64,000 nucleotides of DNA from an uncultured Bacilli bacterium (lineage in GTDB: Bacteria > Bacillota_I > Bacilli_A > RF39 > UBA660). How positions within the stretch are numbered: the first letter of the stretch is position 1; each line of letters starts with the position of its first letter. Below, piece after piece: positions 10,736-21,431 of the stretch. A program made the position numbers and the translations under genes. The notes below the pieces were generated by a model. It saw only the letters and a list, made by a program, of their open reading frames with translations. It was not told where the DNA came from and did no database searches. The stretch covers positions 25,316-89,315 of the forward strand of contig CANQDM010000001.1 in the NCBI GenBank assembly GCA_947591505.1. Reading direction: 5' to 3'.

Positions 10736-10797
10736 AATTATAGCATAAAAAGAAAATAATGTAAAACCAGTAAACTGCTCTTATAACCATATTAATA

Positions 10798-11838
10798 TTA
10801 ATGGGCATACTTTAAAAATTTAAAATACTTAGTTTTTTCTAATTTTAAAATAATAAAACTAGCAAGTAAACAACACGTTAAAGTTATAATAAAATTAAAT
10901 ATACCTATCACCATAAAATCACTAGTAAAATGTTTTAAAATATATGCTACTACAGGAGCAACTGAAGCATGAAGAGGAAAAGTTATAGTACTTATATTTC
11001 TAAATATTTTGTTGTGTTTTAAATTAATGCTAATATTCAATAATAATTTAAAAATCATTACACAAATGGGTATTAAAAATAAGTAACAATCATTCGTAAA
11101 CATTCCACTTAAATTATAAACATATTTCCATTCCATATATAAAAGTAAGATAAATATTATTAAACTTAAGCAAAATGTTTTTTTATATTTTATTTTATAA
11201 TTTATTTTTTTATCAGCAAACATTTTACCCATAAAAATCCAAAATAAAGCAACTGGAAAACTAAATACTGGGGAAGAGAAAAACATTGTATAAGTTTGTA
11301 CTATATTATTTATAAATTCATTATTAACATAAAATGTACTATAACTGGATATTAAACAACAAATAATATTAATTAAGAAAAAGATAACAAACAAAATTTT
11401 ATTATTAACTTTTTTAGAAGCATTATAAACAATGAGAGTTGCCCAAATAGATGCAACAATAAACCAGGAGGCAATAAATGTACTAGAAAATAAAGTATTA
11501 GAAAAAATATTGGTAATAATATGAAAAATACTATCAACACCAATAACCCAATCTTTTCTAAAATATATAGTTAATGGTAATAAAACTATGAACCAAAACA
11601 AATATAACTTTAATTGTCTTATAAAATAATTTTTTATAACTTGATCTTTTTGATCTATTGATGAGGCATTTACCCTATCAAATAAAAGAAAAGAAGAAAT
11701 CATAAAAAATAATGGTACAGCAATTCTCAACCATGGAAACAAATAAGTTTGAAATAAAGCAGTATGAATTGCCACTATCATTATTGAAAGAATAAATTTA
11801 GCCAAATCTAAAATATCATATCTTTTTAATTTTTCCAT
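10798..11838 (-). CDS. acyltransferase family 3 membrane protein (OatA/O-acetyltransferase-like)
   Basis: 346 aa, polytopic. N-terminus RYDILDLAKFILSIMIVAIHT is typical of Acyl_transf_3. Confidence 0.7.
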   Translation of the reverse strand: MEKLKRYDILDLAKFILSIMIVAIHTALFQTYLFPWLRIAVPLFFMISSFLLFDRVNASSIDQKDQVIKNYFIRQLKLYLFWFIVLLPLTIYFRKDWVIGVDSIFHIITNIFSNTLFSSTFIASWFIVASIWATLIVYNASKKVNNKILFVIFFLINIICCLISSYSTFYVNNEFINNIVQTYTMFFSSPVFSFPVALFWIFMGKMFADKKINYKIKYKKTFCLSLIIFILLLYMEWKYVYNLSGMFTNDCYLFLIPICVMIFKLLLNISINLKHNKIFRNISTITFPLHASVAPVVAYILKHFTSDFMVIGIFNFIITLTCCLLASFIILKLEKTKYFKFLKYAH

Positions 11839-11859
11839 TAAAAATTTTCTCCTAAAAAA

Positions 11860-13191
11860 TTATGATTTCTTCTTTTCCATTTCTAGTAGTTTTAACAAAA
11901 TTATTACTATGACAAAGCTTAATAACATGCTTACTGCTGGGGCGGTTAAAATATGCCCTGCAATTAATGAAATCATTATTAATAAAGCAAAAACAAAGGC
12001 ATTAGAAACAATATCCCAATTGATTTTTTTCATCTTAATCAGGCGCTTAATAATATTAATAGTAGTTAAAATATATGGTAATAGATATAATATAAAGCCA
12101 ATTATACCACAATGAAAAAATATGTCTAAGAAATCTATTTCAATGGTTTTTTCTATACTTTTATTATTTACTTCCGTGGTATTAATAAAACCTATTCCTA
12201 AAATTTGTGATGATACTCTTGAGTTTGCATATATTTCTTTAGTGTTTAAAAAATAAATTTGTCGACCACTTAATATTATATTTAAAATTCCTTGATAATT
12301 AGCATCAGTATTTTGATTGTTTTGGTAGGTTGCTGGCTTTTTATTAGGCTTTTGAGGAGTAGTTACTAGATTTTTATCATCAGTTAACATTTTGTTAATG
12401 TTACCAATAATAACCCCTTTGAATGTGGCTAATACAGAAAAACAAATTATTACTAGAATAAATATAACATTTTTCCAATTACGACTGATTATCCATCTAA
12501 TTAAATAATATAATAAAACAATAAATAAGCCTAAAAAAGCCACTTTAGTACCAATTAATAACATTAAATAACAGTATATTAAAATTAACCATAGATTTCT
12601 TAATCTGTTATTAACTGCAATATTTAAAAATTCAAAAATTAATATTATGGTAATAGGTCCTAATTCATTAGCGGCATAAAACCAGCCTGTAAAACCATCT
12701 TTTTGATTAAAAAAATATGATGAAAAACCTGTATTAGTTATAAATGGAATAAATAATAAAATTAAATATTCAACAAATAATACGCCAAATATTTTCTCAA
12801 TATCTTTTATTTTAATTTTACTTTCAACAGTATAAATATACAATAATATCGTAACAATAGGAAAATAGAATATTTTAAATACATTTAATAATTCACTAAT
12901 AATATTACTTATCGATAATACACTATATCTATTTAATATAAATAAACCACCCCAAATAAATAACATACCTAAATATATTATAAACAATTTTTTTAATTTA
13001 CTATTTTTAGTTTTAAACAAGAAAAAATAAAGTAAGTAAAGTAAAAAAACACCTTTAAAGATAACTCCAATAGATATGGATATTACAAAATATCTTTGAA
13101 TAAAAGAATTTATAACATCAAGTATTGGACATAAAATCATATATCCAAATAATATATAATAATTTAATCTATCTTTATTAACCTTTTTCAT
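11860..13191 (-). CDS. O-antigen polymerase/ligase family membrane protein (second Wzy-like)
   Basis: 443 aa, polytopic, with a large extracytoplasmic loop before the last TM helices. Confidence 0.45.
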   Translation of the reverse strand: MKKVNKDRLNYYILFGYMILCPILDVINSFIQRYFVISISIGVIFKGVFLLYLLYFFLFKTKNSKLKKLFIIYLGMLFIWGGLFILNRYSVLSISNIISELLNVFKIFYFPIVTILLYIYTVESKIKIKDIEKIFGVLFVEYLILLFIPFITNTGFSSYFFNQKDGFTGWFYAANELGPITIILIFEFLNIAVNNRLRNLWLILIYCYLMLLIGTKVAFLGLFIVLLYYLIRWIISRNWKNVIFILVIICFSVLATFKGVIIGNINKMLTDDKNLVTTPQKPNKKPATYQNNQNTDANYQGILNIILSGRQIYFLNTKEIYANSRVSSQILGIGFINTTEVNNKSIEKTIEIDFLDIFFHCGIIGFILYLLPYILTTINIIKRLIKMKKINWDIVSNAFVFALLIMISLIAGHILTAPAVSMLLSFVIVIILLKLLEMEKKKS

Positions 13192-13220
13192 TTCTTCACC
13201 ACATTTTTTACATTATAACA

Positions 13221-13943
13221 TTATTTAACATTTCGCTTCAACTTTTTAATTTTAAAAATAAATTTTACATTATTTTGGTAAAATCTTTTTATTCTTTTAG
13301 GTTCTACTACTATCCGATATAACCATTCAATATTTAATTTTTGAAACATTTTAGGAGCTCTTTTTTTAACACCACTCATGACATCAAAAGAACCTCCTAC
13401 TCCTACAAATATCCCTTTATTAAAATCGTTTAAATGCTTGTAGATTAATTCCTCTTGTAAAGGCATTCCTAATGCTACTAAACATACATCTGGTTTTTCT
13501 TTTTTGATTTTCTCAAAGAATTCATCTTTATTTTCCACATAGCCATTCATACATGTTCCTAATTTAATTTTTGGATAATCTTTCTTAATTACTTGAATTA
13601 ATTTATTTAATACTTCTTCTTTGGCTCCTAATAAACATAATTTATAATTGTTTTGATTACATATATCTAATAATTTAATTGCTAAATCCACTCCTGTTAT
13701 TCTCTCTTCTACTGCATAGCCTAAAATATTAGCACTCTTTTTAAGACTTATGCCATCGGCAATAATAGTAGTGTTTTTATCAAGCAATAATTTATTGACA
13801 TTTTTTATTTTTTCGCCATAGCAAAAAATTTCTGGATTTGCTGTTACAATAAACATTCTCTTCTTTTTACTTAAATTTTTTTCAACTAAGTTATAAAAAG
13901 ATAAAGTATCTTGCAAATAAATTTTCTCAAAGTAATTTAACAT
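13221..13943 (-). CDS. WecB/TagA/CpsF family (GT26) glycosyltransferase, probable N-acetylmannosamine(uronate) transferase
   Basis: 240 aa. FVGVGGSFDV motif and overall size. A UDP-GlcNAc 2-epimerase is in the same locus. Confidence 0.85.
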   Translation of the reverse strand: MLNYFEKIYLQDTLSFYNLVEKNLSKKKRMFIVTANPEIFCYGEKIKNVNKLLLDKNTTIIADGISLKKSANILGYAVEERITGVDLAIKLLDICNQNNYKLCLLGAKEEVLNKLIQVIKKDYPKIKLGTCMNGYVENKDEFFEKIKKEKPDVCLVALGMPLQEELIYKHLNDFNKGIFVGVGGSFDVMSGVKKRAPKMFQKLNIEWLYRIVVEPKRIKRFYQNNVKFIFKIKKLKRNVK

Positions 13944-13950
13944 ATAAACC

Positions 13951-14925
13951 TCACTTTATTTTTTTCTTTACTACTAATATTATTTTTATTATATTATACC
14001 ATTTTAAATTTAGCAATTTATAAATAATTTTTTTATTAGAACTCATATATTGTAAATAAGAATTGTTTTGATAATTAGGAAAATTATTACTTAAATAATC
14101 CCTAAGTTTATTAATTATCTTTATTTTATTTTTTCTTTTATCTTTAGCAAGTATTACTCTACAAATACCTGCTATGTAGATATGATAAATCGCTAAAAAT
14201 TCTAACTTTTCATAGATATTATCATATATTTTTCGACTTTTAAAATATTTAATCATTTCATCAAACGAAAGTAAAATATCAGTATTCTTAACTATATTAG
14301 AATTATTCATAGTTGAACCTGTACGCAATACATAATTATATAAGGCATCATCTATAAAAGATATTTTGATGTTATCTAGTAATATCTTTACTAAAAAATC
14401 AATATCTTCATACCAAACATTACATCTAAATTGCAAATTATTTTTAATAATTAAATCTTTTTTAAAAATTTTATTACAAACACCCATACTGCCTAATAAA
14501 ATTTTTAAATCTTTATTAGGAAAATTATTATTATCAATACTTATTTTATTAGTTAAAGAAATATTATTCATGCCACAAATTACCACATCACTATCATCTT
14601 CTTTAGCTTTATTATACATTTTAGTAAACATATCTAAATCAATATAATCATCAGAATCAACAAAGGCAATATATTCACCTTGAGCATGTTTTAAACCATA
14701 ATTGCGCGCTGATCCTTGGCCCCCATTTTTTTTATTAAAGGCTTTTATTTTTGCGGGATATTTTTTAACATATTTATCTATTATTTTGGACGAATTATCT
14801 AAACTACCATCATTTACCACAATAATTTCTAATTCTTTTAAGGTTTGATTTACTAAACTATCTAAGCATTTTGCTAAATAATCTGCAACGTTATATACAG
14901 GTACTATTACACTTACTTTTATCAT
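13951..14925 (-). CDS. family 2 glycosyltransferase
   Basis: VSVIVPVYNVADYL...EIIVVNDGSLDNS; DSDD. Confidence 0.9.
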   Translation of the reverse strand: MIKVSVIVPVYNVADYLAKCLDSLVNQTLKELEIIVVNDGSLDNSSKIIDKYVKKYPAKIKAFNKKNGGQGSARNYGLKHAQGEYIAFVDSDDYIDLDMFTKMYNKAKEDDSDVVICGMNNISLTNKISIDNNNFPNKDLKILLGSMGVCNKIFKKDLIIKNNLQFRCNVWYEDIDFLVKILLDNIKISFIDDALYNYVLRTGSTMNNSNIVKNTDILLSFDEMIKYFKSRKIYDNIYEKLEFLAIYHIYIAGICRVILAKDKRKNKIKIINKLRDYLSNNFPNYQNNSYLQYMSSNKKIIYKLLNLKWYNIIKIILVVKKKIK

Positions 14926-16043
14926 TTAAATAAATTCTCCCACTTTTTTACAATATTATCTATCTTATATATTTTGCTTTCTTCATAAGCATTTTTGCTA
15001 AATTCTTTTAATTTATTTTGATTGTTTAATAACTCATTAATTTTTTTAGCCATTTCTTTTACTGATCTATTTTTAATTAAATAACCAGTTTTATTATTTT
15101 TGACAATTTCTTTTGGACCAGTTAATATATCAAAAGATATAACAGGAAGACCACAACTATATGCCTCGACTAAAACCAAGGCAAAAGATTCTCTAAAAGA
15201 ACTCATAACATATAAATCGGATTTAGCCATATATTTATATACTTCTTTAATATTAACAAAACCAGGCATTATAACATTGTTTTTCAAATTATATTCTTTA
15301 ATTTTACTAGTGAGTAATTCTTGCTCTTCTCCACTACCTAATAAATATAATTTAAGAGTGGGATTATCTTTCACTGCTAAATGCATTACTTCAATTAAAC
15401 TAGTAAAATCTTTTATCGGGTCAAATCTACCGACAGCGATAATGGCATTATTATTAAGTTTACTTTTTACCGTTATATTTTCAATACTATTTTCTATTCT
15501 GACAATTTTAACATTACTATTTTTAAACCATTCATTATACATATTTTCTTGATATTTATTAACTACTACTACATAATCTAGATTATGATATCCTTTAGTA
15601 ATTTCTCTTTGATATTTTTTATCATCAAAGAAATTATGCTCTTCAGTAATTTTTAATTTACTTTTATTGCCATATTTACTTAATAATTTAGCATATTCAG
15701 TTCGAGTAGAAAAATAAATATCAGCATCATTTAATAATATTTCTTCTTTCATTAATTTACTTTTTAAATATAATATTTTTATTGCTTTAAGACCTTCTTT
15801 AAAACATTTAAATAAACGCAATTGTTTTAAATATTGCTTAAATTCTTCTCTGTTTGGTTTGCCATTATATAAGTATTTTATTTTAATACGATTGGAAATT
15901 TTATAAGCAGGATTTTTTTCTAACTTATAAAATGATATTATCTCAATATTATATTTATCACACAAATTATTAGCCATTGTAATAGTTTGTTTTTCTACTC
16001 CACCATATCCTAAATGTAACATTAATATTTTAACCTTTTTCAT
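14922..16043 (-). CDS. family 4 (GT-B, GT1/GT4) glycosyltransferase
   Basis: 373 aa. C-terminal GT-B retaining-type region (FVNIKEVYKYMAKSDLYVMSSFRESFALVLVEAYSCGLPVIS). Confidence 0.85.
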   Translation of the reverse strand: MKKVKILMLHLGYGGVEKQTITMANNLCDKYNIEIISFYKLEKNPAYKISNRIKIKYLYNGKPNREEFKQYLKQLRLFKCFKEGLKAIKILYLKSKLMKEEILLNDADIYFSTRTEYAKLLSKYGNKSKLKITEEHNFFDDKKYQREITKGYHNLDYVVVVNKYQENMYNEWFKNSNVKIVRIENSIENITVKSKLNNNAIIAVGRFDPIKDFTSLIEVMHLAVKDNPTLKLYLLGSGEEQELLTSKIKEYNLKNNVIMPGFVNIKEVYKYMAKSDLYVMSSFRESFALVLVEAYSCGLPVISFDILTGPKEIVKNNKTGYLIKNRSVKEMAKKINELLNNQNKLKEFSKNAYEESKIYKIDNIVKKWENLFK

Positions 16044-16055
16044 ATTTTCACCCTG

Positions 16056-17009
16056 CTACTTAGTCTTTAATTTAGATTTAATATTTAATAATAATTTAGA
16101 AATATTAAATAGCCCCCTATAATTTAATTTTGCTATTATTTTGCGATTTCTACTAATTTCTTTATAAAATGGTAATTTCCAATAACTTTTAATATTATTT
16201 TTACAATAATTTTGTAATTGTTTTAACACATCTTTTCTACTTTTACTTTTTTGAAAGTTCACTCTATTTATTGAATCAATTAATATATGTTGAAATATTA
16301 AGAAAGAAATTAAATTATTATCACCAACATTATTTTTCTTTGCATATTTTATTAAATCATCAATAGAAGTGATTATATCTAGATGTTTTAATGAATCATT
16401 GTTATTGGTAATAGACCCAAAATGAACATTACAATTATAAAGGCTTTCACTTATTATAGTAATTTTAGGATTTTTTAGCAATAGTTTAGTAGTAAAATTT
16501 AAATCTTCATACCATATTCCTTCAAGAAACTTAATGTTAGCAATTATATCTTTTTTAAATAATTTATTACATACTGAAGGTGTTACTTCATAAATAGAAT
16601 TATACTTTGTGCAATTTAAATTCACCCTACTACCATTATCATAATTATTACACATATCACAAATAACAATATCGCTTTTATTTTTTTTAGCATTATTATA
16701 CATTTTTTCTAAAGCATCATTCATAAGCCAATCATCAGAATCAACAAAACTTATATATTCACCTTTAGCATATTTTAAACCATAATTACGCGCTGAACTT
16801 AAACCCCCATTAGATTTTGAAAATGATTTAATTTTAGTGGAATATTTTTTTTGATATTTATCTATAATTTTTTGTGAATTATCTGGACTTCCATCATTTA
16901 TAACAATAATTTCAATATCTTTTAAAGTTTGATGCACTAAACTATCTAAACATTTAGTCAAATATTTTTCCACATTATAAACTGGCACTATCACACTTAC
17001 TTTTATCAT
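16056..17009 (-). CDS. family 2 glycosyltransferase
   Basis: VSVIVPVYNVEKYL...EIIVINDGSPDNS; DSDD. Confidence 0.9.
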   Translation of the reverse strand: MIKVSVIVPVYNVEKYLTKCLDSLVHQTLKDIEIIVINDGSPDNSQKIIDKYQKKYSTKIKSFSKSNGGLSSARNYGLKYAKGEYISFVDSDDWLMNDALEKMYNNAKKNKSDIVICDMCNNYDNGSRVNLNCTKYNSIYEVTPSVCNKLFKKDIIANIKFLEGIWYEDLNFTTKLLLKNPKITIISESLYNCNVHFGSITNNNDSLKHLDIITSIDDLIKYAKKNNVGDNNLISFLIFQHILIDSINRVNFQKSKSRKDVLKQLQNYCKNNIKSYWKLPFYKEISRNRKIIAKLNYRGLFNISKLLLNIKSKLKTK

Positions 17010-18748
17010 TTTAAACTCCTAAAATCTTTAATTATTTCTTCATATCTATTTTTAATCATTTTTGTTTCTTTGGCAATATTTATTTTTTTATTTTTAACTA
17101 AATTATGATTTTCTAATCTATCTTTATGCATATCATATACTTCTTTAATATTTACTTCATCATTTAATACTTCCGCAAAAACTTCATAATTATCATTTCT
17201 AATACCTAGTTGAATTGGTCTTCTTTTAATATCTGGACATCCACCACCCATAAATTCTAAAGTAGCATAATCTCTGCCATTAAATTTAAGAAGGGACTCT
17301 CCTTTAAAAAATTTAGGCTTTTTAATACCCGCTAAATCAAGTAAAGTTGCCGGTATATCTTTGGTAGCTAAATATTTCTTAATCATTCTTGGCTTGATGT
17401 TTTTATTATAGACAATAAAAGGTACATTATAATTTTCGCGATAATTACTTATTACATATTTTTCTCTAAGGGGATAAAAATAATAAGAAAAACCATGATC
17501 AGCAGTTATAACTACACTTGTATTATCTAATAAATTACTTTTTTCTAAATATTCAAATATATTTTTTATAATACTATCACAATATAAAAGAGATAAATCA
17601 TAGGAAAGAGTACCACAATAATCTTTAGGTAAATTATGAATATATTCATTAATTTTATTAAACTCTTCTTTAATTATTTTTTTATCATTGGTATCATAAG
17701 AAAAGAAATTTTCTGTATAATGCGCATCATCAATATGGACATAACCCATCCAAGGCTTTTTCTCATCTTTATTTTTCTCTAACCAATCTATTGTTAAATT
17801 AGCCACAGTACGAAAAGACCGTTGGTGTTTAAATAAATCATAATGGTCATTAATACGATTCATGATATCTTTATCAAAAATTAGATTTTTATAAGCCGCT
17901 AGTAAACCTTTTACAATTTCTTTGTTCGTAATATTTCGAAATAATTTCCTATAAGGAAACTTTGCATTTTTTATATTATAATGTTTTTGAATTTTTTCTA
18001 TTTCTATAAATGTATCTTGATAATTTTCATGAAACCATTTTCGAAATTCATCATCATTAACTTTATCAATATAATCATAATTTTTAATTTTAAATAAGCG
18101 ATGTTCTTTTCCCATTTCCATTAACTCTTGCAAATATGAATATTGATTTTTTTGTAATAATTTCAGTTCTTTTTGCACAATCTTAATATTTTCAGTTAAA
18201 TTAGCACTGTCAATACAATCATTTAAAAGGATAGTTTTTTTGTCATTGTTTTTAAATAATGTTAATATTTCAATCCAAGCTTTAAGATTATCCTCTAACA
18301 TATCTAATAACATTTGATTTTCTTGTTCTGTTGTTTTTTTATCTAAAAATAATTTTTGATAATATTCAAAACGATAACTCCATAACTGATTTATATCATA
18401 ATTTTCTATATAATTATATTCTTCTGCATCATAATGAACATAGGAAGGATAAATTGTAGGATAATAATTGGCAAAAAAAGTTTTATAGCCTTTTTGACTA
18501 AATTCTGTCATAACTGATGTTTTATTTTTAAATCTTTGCATATATCCTCCTTTGTCCATTGTATCTAATGAGCCAAGTAAAGACATAAGTGCTGCCTCGG
18601 TGTAGGGAGCCTCAGCATACATTTTATCACCAGAAATAGATTTTTTTCTTAAATTATTTAAAAATGGGGCTTTATTTTTACTCATTGGTGAATTAAATAG
18701 CTGATCATTAGTTATAGAATCTAAAACAATAAATAAAACGTTTTTCAT
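17006..18748 (-). CDS. sulfatase-like hydrolase/transferase (alkaline phosphatase superfamily; LTA-synthase/phospho-transferase-like catalytic domain without TM anchor)
   Basis: 580 aa. The N-terminus VLFIVLDSITNDQLF (metal/nucleophile region) and length fit the sulfatase domain. No N-terminal hydrophobic segments. Confidence 0.6.
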   Translation of the reverse strand: MKNVLFIVLDSITNDQLFNSPMSKNKAPFLNNLRKKSISGDKMYAEAPYTEAALMSLLGSLDTMDKGGYMQRFKNKTSVMTEFSQKGYKTFFANYYPTIYPSYVHYDAEEYNYIENYDINQLWSYRFEYYQKLFLDKKTTEQENQMLLDMLEDNLKAWIEILTLFKNNDKKTILLNDCIDSANLTENIKIVQKELKLLQKNQYSYLQELMEMGKEHRLFKIKNYDYIDKVNDDEFRKWFHENYQDTFIEIEKIQKHYNIKNAKFPYRKLFRNITNKEIVKGLLAAYKNLIFDKDIMNRINDHYDLFKHQRSFRTVANLTIDWLEKNKDEKKPWMGYVHIDDAHYTENFFSYDTNDKKIIKEEFNKINEYIHNLPKDYCGTLSYDLSLLYCDSIIKNIFEYLEKSNLLDNTSVVITADHGFSYYFYPLREKYVISNYRENYNVPFIVYNKNIKPRMIKKYLATKDIPATLLDLAGIKKPKFFKGESLLKFNGRDYATLEFMGGGCPDIKRRPIQLGIRNDNYEVFAEVLNDEVNIKEVYDMHKDRLENHNLVKNKKINIAKETKMIKNRYEEIIKDFRSLK

Positions 18749-18752
18749 ATAC

Positions 18753-20207
18753 TCACCTATTTTTCTTTAAAATCCCCAAAAATTTATTTATTATAATATA
18801 TATATTTTCATCTTTTACTAAAATAAGAACACCACCATATAGTAACATACTAATAGTTATAATTATTAAAATATTTAAATAAAAGCCCAAATTAATAAAT
18901 TTAACTAAAATTGTTATAGGTATAAATAGTAAAGATAAAAATAAATATAATACATTTTGTTTGGAAAAAATATGTAATTTAATTTTTAATTTATTACGAA
19001 CATATCGATTTTGGAAAATTATTATTAATAATTCCGCTATGGTAGTGGTAATCATCGCTGTACTTGGATTAAATACTTTAAGTAGCACTAATAAAGAATT
19101 AAGAACTAAATTAATTACCCCACAAATAAGAGATATTTTTAAAATCCTTTTTTCTTGATTATTGGGATACATTACTAAATTTGTATAAACTGATTCACAG
19201 CTAATAATTATTCGCATAATACAAGCAATAACTAAAGGTAATACACAAGCACTATATTTTTCCCCAGCATAAATAAATATAACTTCATTGGCTAATGCTA
19301 AAACACCAAAACACATAGGAATAATTACAAAAAGTAATGATGAAAATATTTTATTTAATGAATATTCATAATTTTCTTTTGAATCATTAGCAACTTGGTA
19401 AGAAAGTCTTGGAATAGAAATGTTTATTATTGAATAGGGGATTGAAACCAAAGTTCCCATTATATAATATGGAATATAATAATAACTAACAGCCACTCCA
19501 TTTACAAATTTTCCTAACATTATTTTATCTAATTGACTATATAATAAGCCTATATCAGAAATAATTAATATAGTAGCTAAAGGTATAATATATTTTTTTA
19601 ATTTAATTTCTGAAAAATCAAATTTAATATATTTTTTGGCATAGATGAAACTAACAAAATTATTAGCAAAATTAACTAAAGAAACTATTATTGCATATAG
19701 AGGAACATCAGTTGGCTTTCTTAATAGTAAAAAGATTGATATTAAATAAAGAATTTTAATTATAACACTTTTAATTGTAATAAATTTATAATTTTCAACA
19801 GCTTCATTAACAAATTCAATATAAAATATATTGCCGACAAATTGAATTGTCATGATTATATATAATAGTAAAGCTAAACCAGATGAAGTAAAAAAGGCAT
19901 AGATTAAATAAATGGCACAAACTATTACATTTGATAAAATAGAAATAACAAATAAATTAGTAAATAATTTCGACACTTTCTCTTTATTGTCACGTATTTT
20001 ACTTATTTCTCTAATACCAAAAGTATATAAACCAAAAGAGCCAAAAGTTAAAAATACTTGAAATTCGGCAAAAACAGCATTATAAGTTCCATATAATTCG
20101 ACATCAAGTAATCTTACAACAAATGGTCCAACAAATAAAGGAACAACAATATTGACAAAACTTAAAATAGATTTATATATTGTATTTTTAAATAATGACT
20201 TTTTCAT
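18753..20207 (-). CDS. Wzx-type flippase / polysaccharide biosynthesis protein (second copy)
   Basis: 484 aa, polytopic MOP-like. Confidence 0.7.
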   Translation of the reverse strand: MKKSLFKNTIYKSILSFVNIVVPLFVGPFVVRLLDVELYGTYNAVFAEFQVFLTFGSFGLYTFGIREISKIRDNKEKVSKLFTNLFVISILSNVIVCAIYLIYAFFTSSGLALLLYIIMTIQFVGNIFYIEFVNEAVENYKFITIKSVIIKILYLISIFLLLRKPTDVPLYAIIVSLVNFANNFVSFIYAKKYIKFDFSEIKLKKYIIPLATILIISDIGLLYSQLDKIMLGKFVNGVAVSYYYIPYYIMGTLVSIPYSIINISIPRLSYQVANDSKENYEYSLNKIFSSLLFVIIPMCFGVLALANEVIFIYAGEKYSACVLPLVIACIMRIIISCESVYTNLVMYPNNQEKRILKISLICGVINLVLNSLLVLLKVFNPSTAMITTTIAELLIIIFQNRYVRNKLKIKLHIFSKQNVLYLFLSLLFIPITILVKFINLGFYLNILIIITISMLLYGGVLILVKDENIYIIINKFLGILKKNR

Positions 20208-20276
20208 TTTTTATTCCTTTCACTATGATTAAATTATAACATTTATAAGTATAGAATGCTACTTAAAGAGAACTAG

Positions 20277-21140
20277 CTAACAGTCCTTTTTTAAATATTC
20301 AAGATAACTTTTTCTGGTATTTAAATAATAACAATGGGGAGCTACTCTTTTATCTTTAGGCGGAAGCTCCATATAGTTACCATACATATTGTGTAAATAT
20401 GCATCACTATCTATAGGAATATTAGCTTCAATATCTTCAAACTTAGCTAATTTTCCTTTGCCAAAATAGGCAAGCTTTTGAATTTCCCGATTACCATATG
20501 CCCCACAAAAAGAACCAACATATTTGCAACTATCAAAGTCTAATTTTTGAGAAAATTTATTTGCTATCTCTAACATATTACAATTAATATATTGTAGCGA
20601 TAATAAAAAATAATAAAAATATCTTATCTTATTTCTTATTCCCTTAGTTTTTAATTTTTGGTTTTTAAAATTATATATTTCTTTTAATTTAAAAAATTTA
20701 TGTAAATTTTTAATAGCTTGTTTTTCGGTATTTCCCATGCCATCTAGAGGAAAAACATCAATAAATATGCCTTTATTAATATTTAAATTAGTATCATTTT
20801 CTTCTATAAAAGTCGTATTACTATTTCTAATTTTAGCAAAAAGATTATAATAATTTTTTTCGGTTTTAATCGTTTGAACAAATAAATATTTAGGCAATAA
20901 CTTTTGCGCCTTTGCTAAAAATATTTCATAATCTTTTCTAGGCATTGCTACATCAATATCATCATCCCAAGGAATAAAGCCTTGATGTCTAACACATCCT
21001 ATCGCGGTACCCCCAACTAAGTAATAGCGTAAATTTAACTTTTGACAAACTTTAATAAATTCTTTTAAAATATTTAATTCTACATTGTGTAATTCAGTTA
21101 ATTCTTTTTTGCTTATTTTCATATTATTCACTCTTTTCAT
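20277..21140 (-). CDS. licD: LicD family phosphotransferase (CDP-alcohol/phosphocholine-type transferase to glycan)
   Basis: YYLVGGTAIGCVRHQGFIPWDDDIDVAMPRKDY matches the LicD signature. Confidence 0.8.
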   Translation of the reverse strand: MKRVNNMKISKKELTELHNVELNILKEFIKVCQKLNLRYYLVGGTAIGCVRHQGFIPWDDDIDVAMPRKDYEIFLAKAQKLLPKYLFVQTIKTEKNYYNLFAKIRNSNTTFIEENDTNLNINKGIFIDVFPLDGMGNTEKQAIKNLHKFFKLKEIYNFKNQKLKTKGIRNKIRYFYYFLLSLQYINCNMLEIANKFSQKLDFDSCKYVGSFCGAYGNREIQKLAYFGKGKLAKFEDIEANIPIDSDAYLHNMYGNYMELPPKDKRVAPHCYYLNTRKSYLEYLKKDC

Positions 21141-21431
21141 TTGTATTCTTCACATTATAAAAATTGAAAATATTATAATCACTTTTTTTAATATAATAAA
21201 TCGTAACATTAAAGATATATATTAACTCTTGGCGTAATTTTCATTTTAATAGTTGGTGATGAAAATATTCTTTATCAAATGTACTAATAATCCACTTTGA
21301 AGAATTAAAATAGCTATTATCATATCAAAAAAGTGGAATAGCTAAAAAGAAACACTCAACTCATTTATCACACCTATAACATTATAAATGATAAACAAAG
21401 AAAAAGAAAGTATTTTAACTTTCAAAAATTT

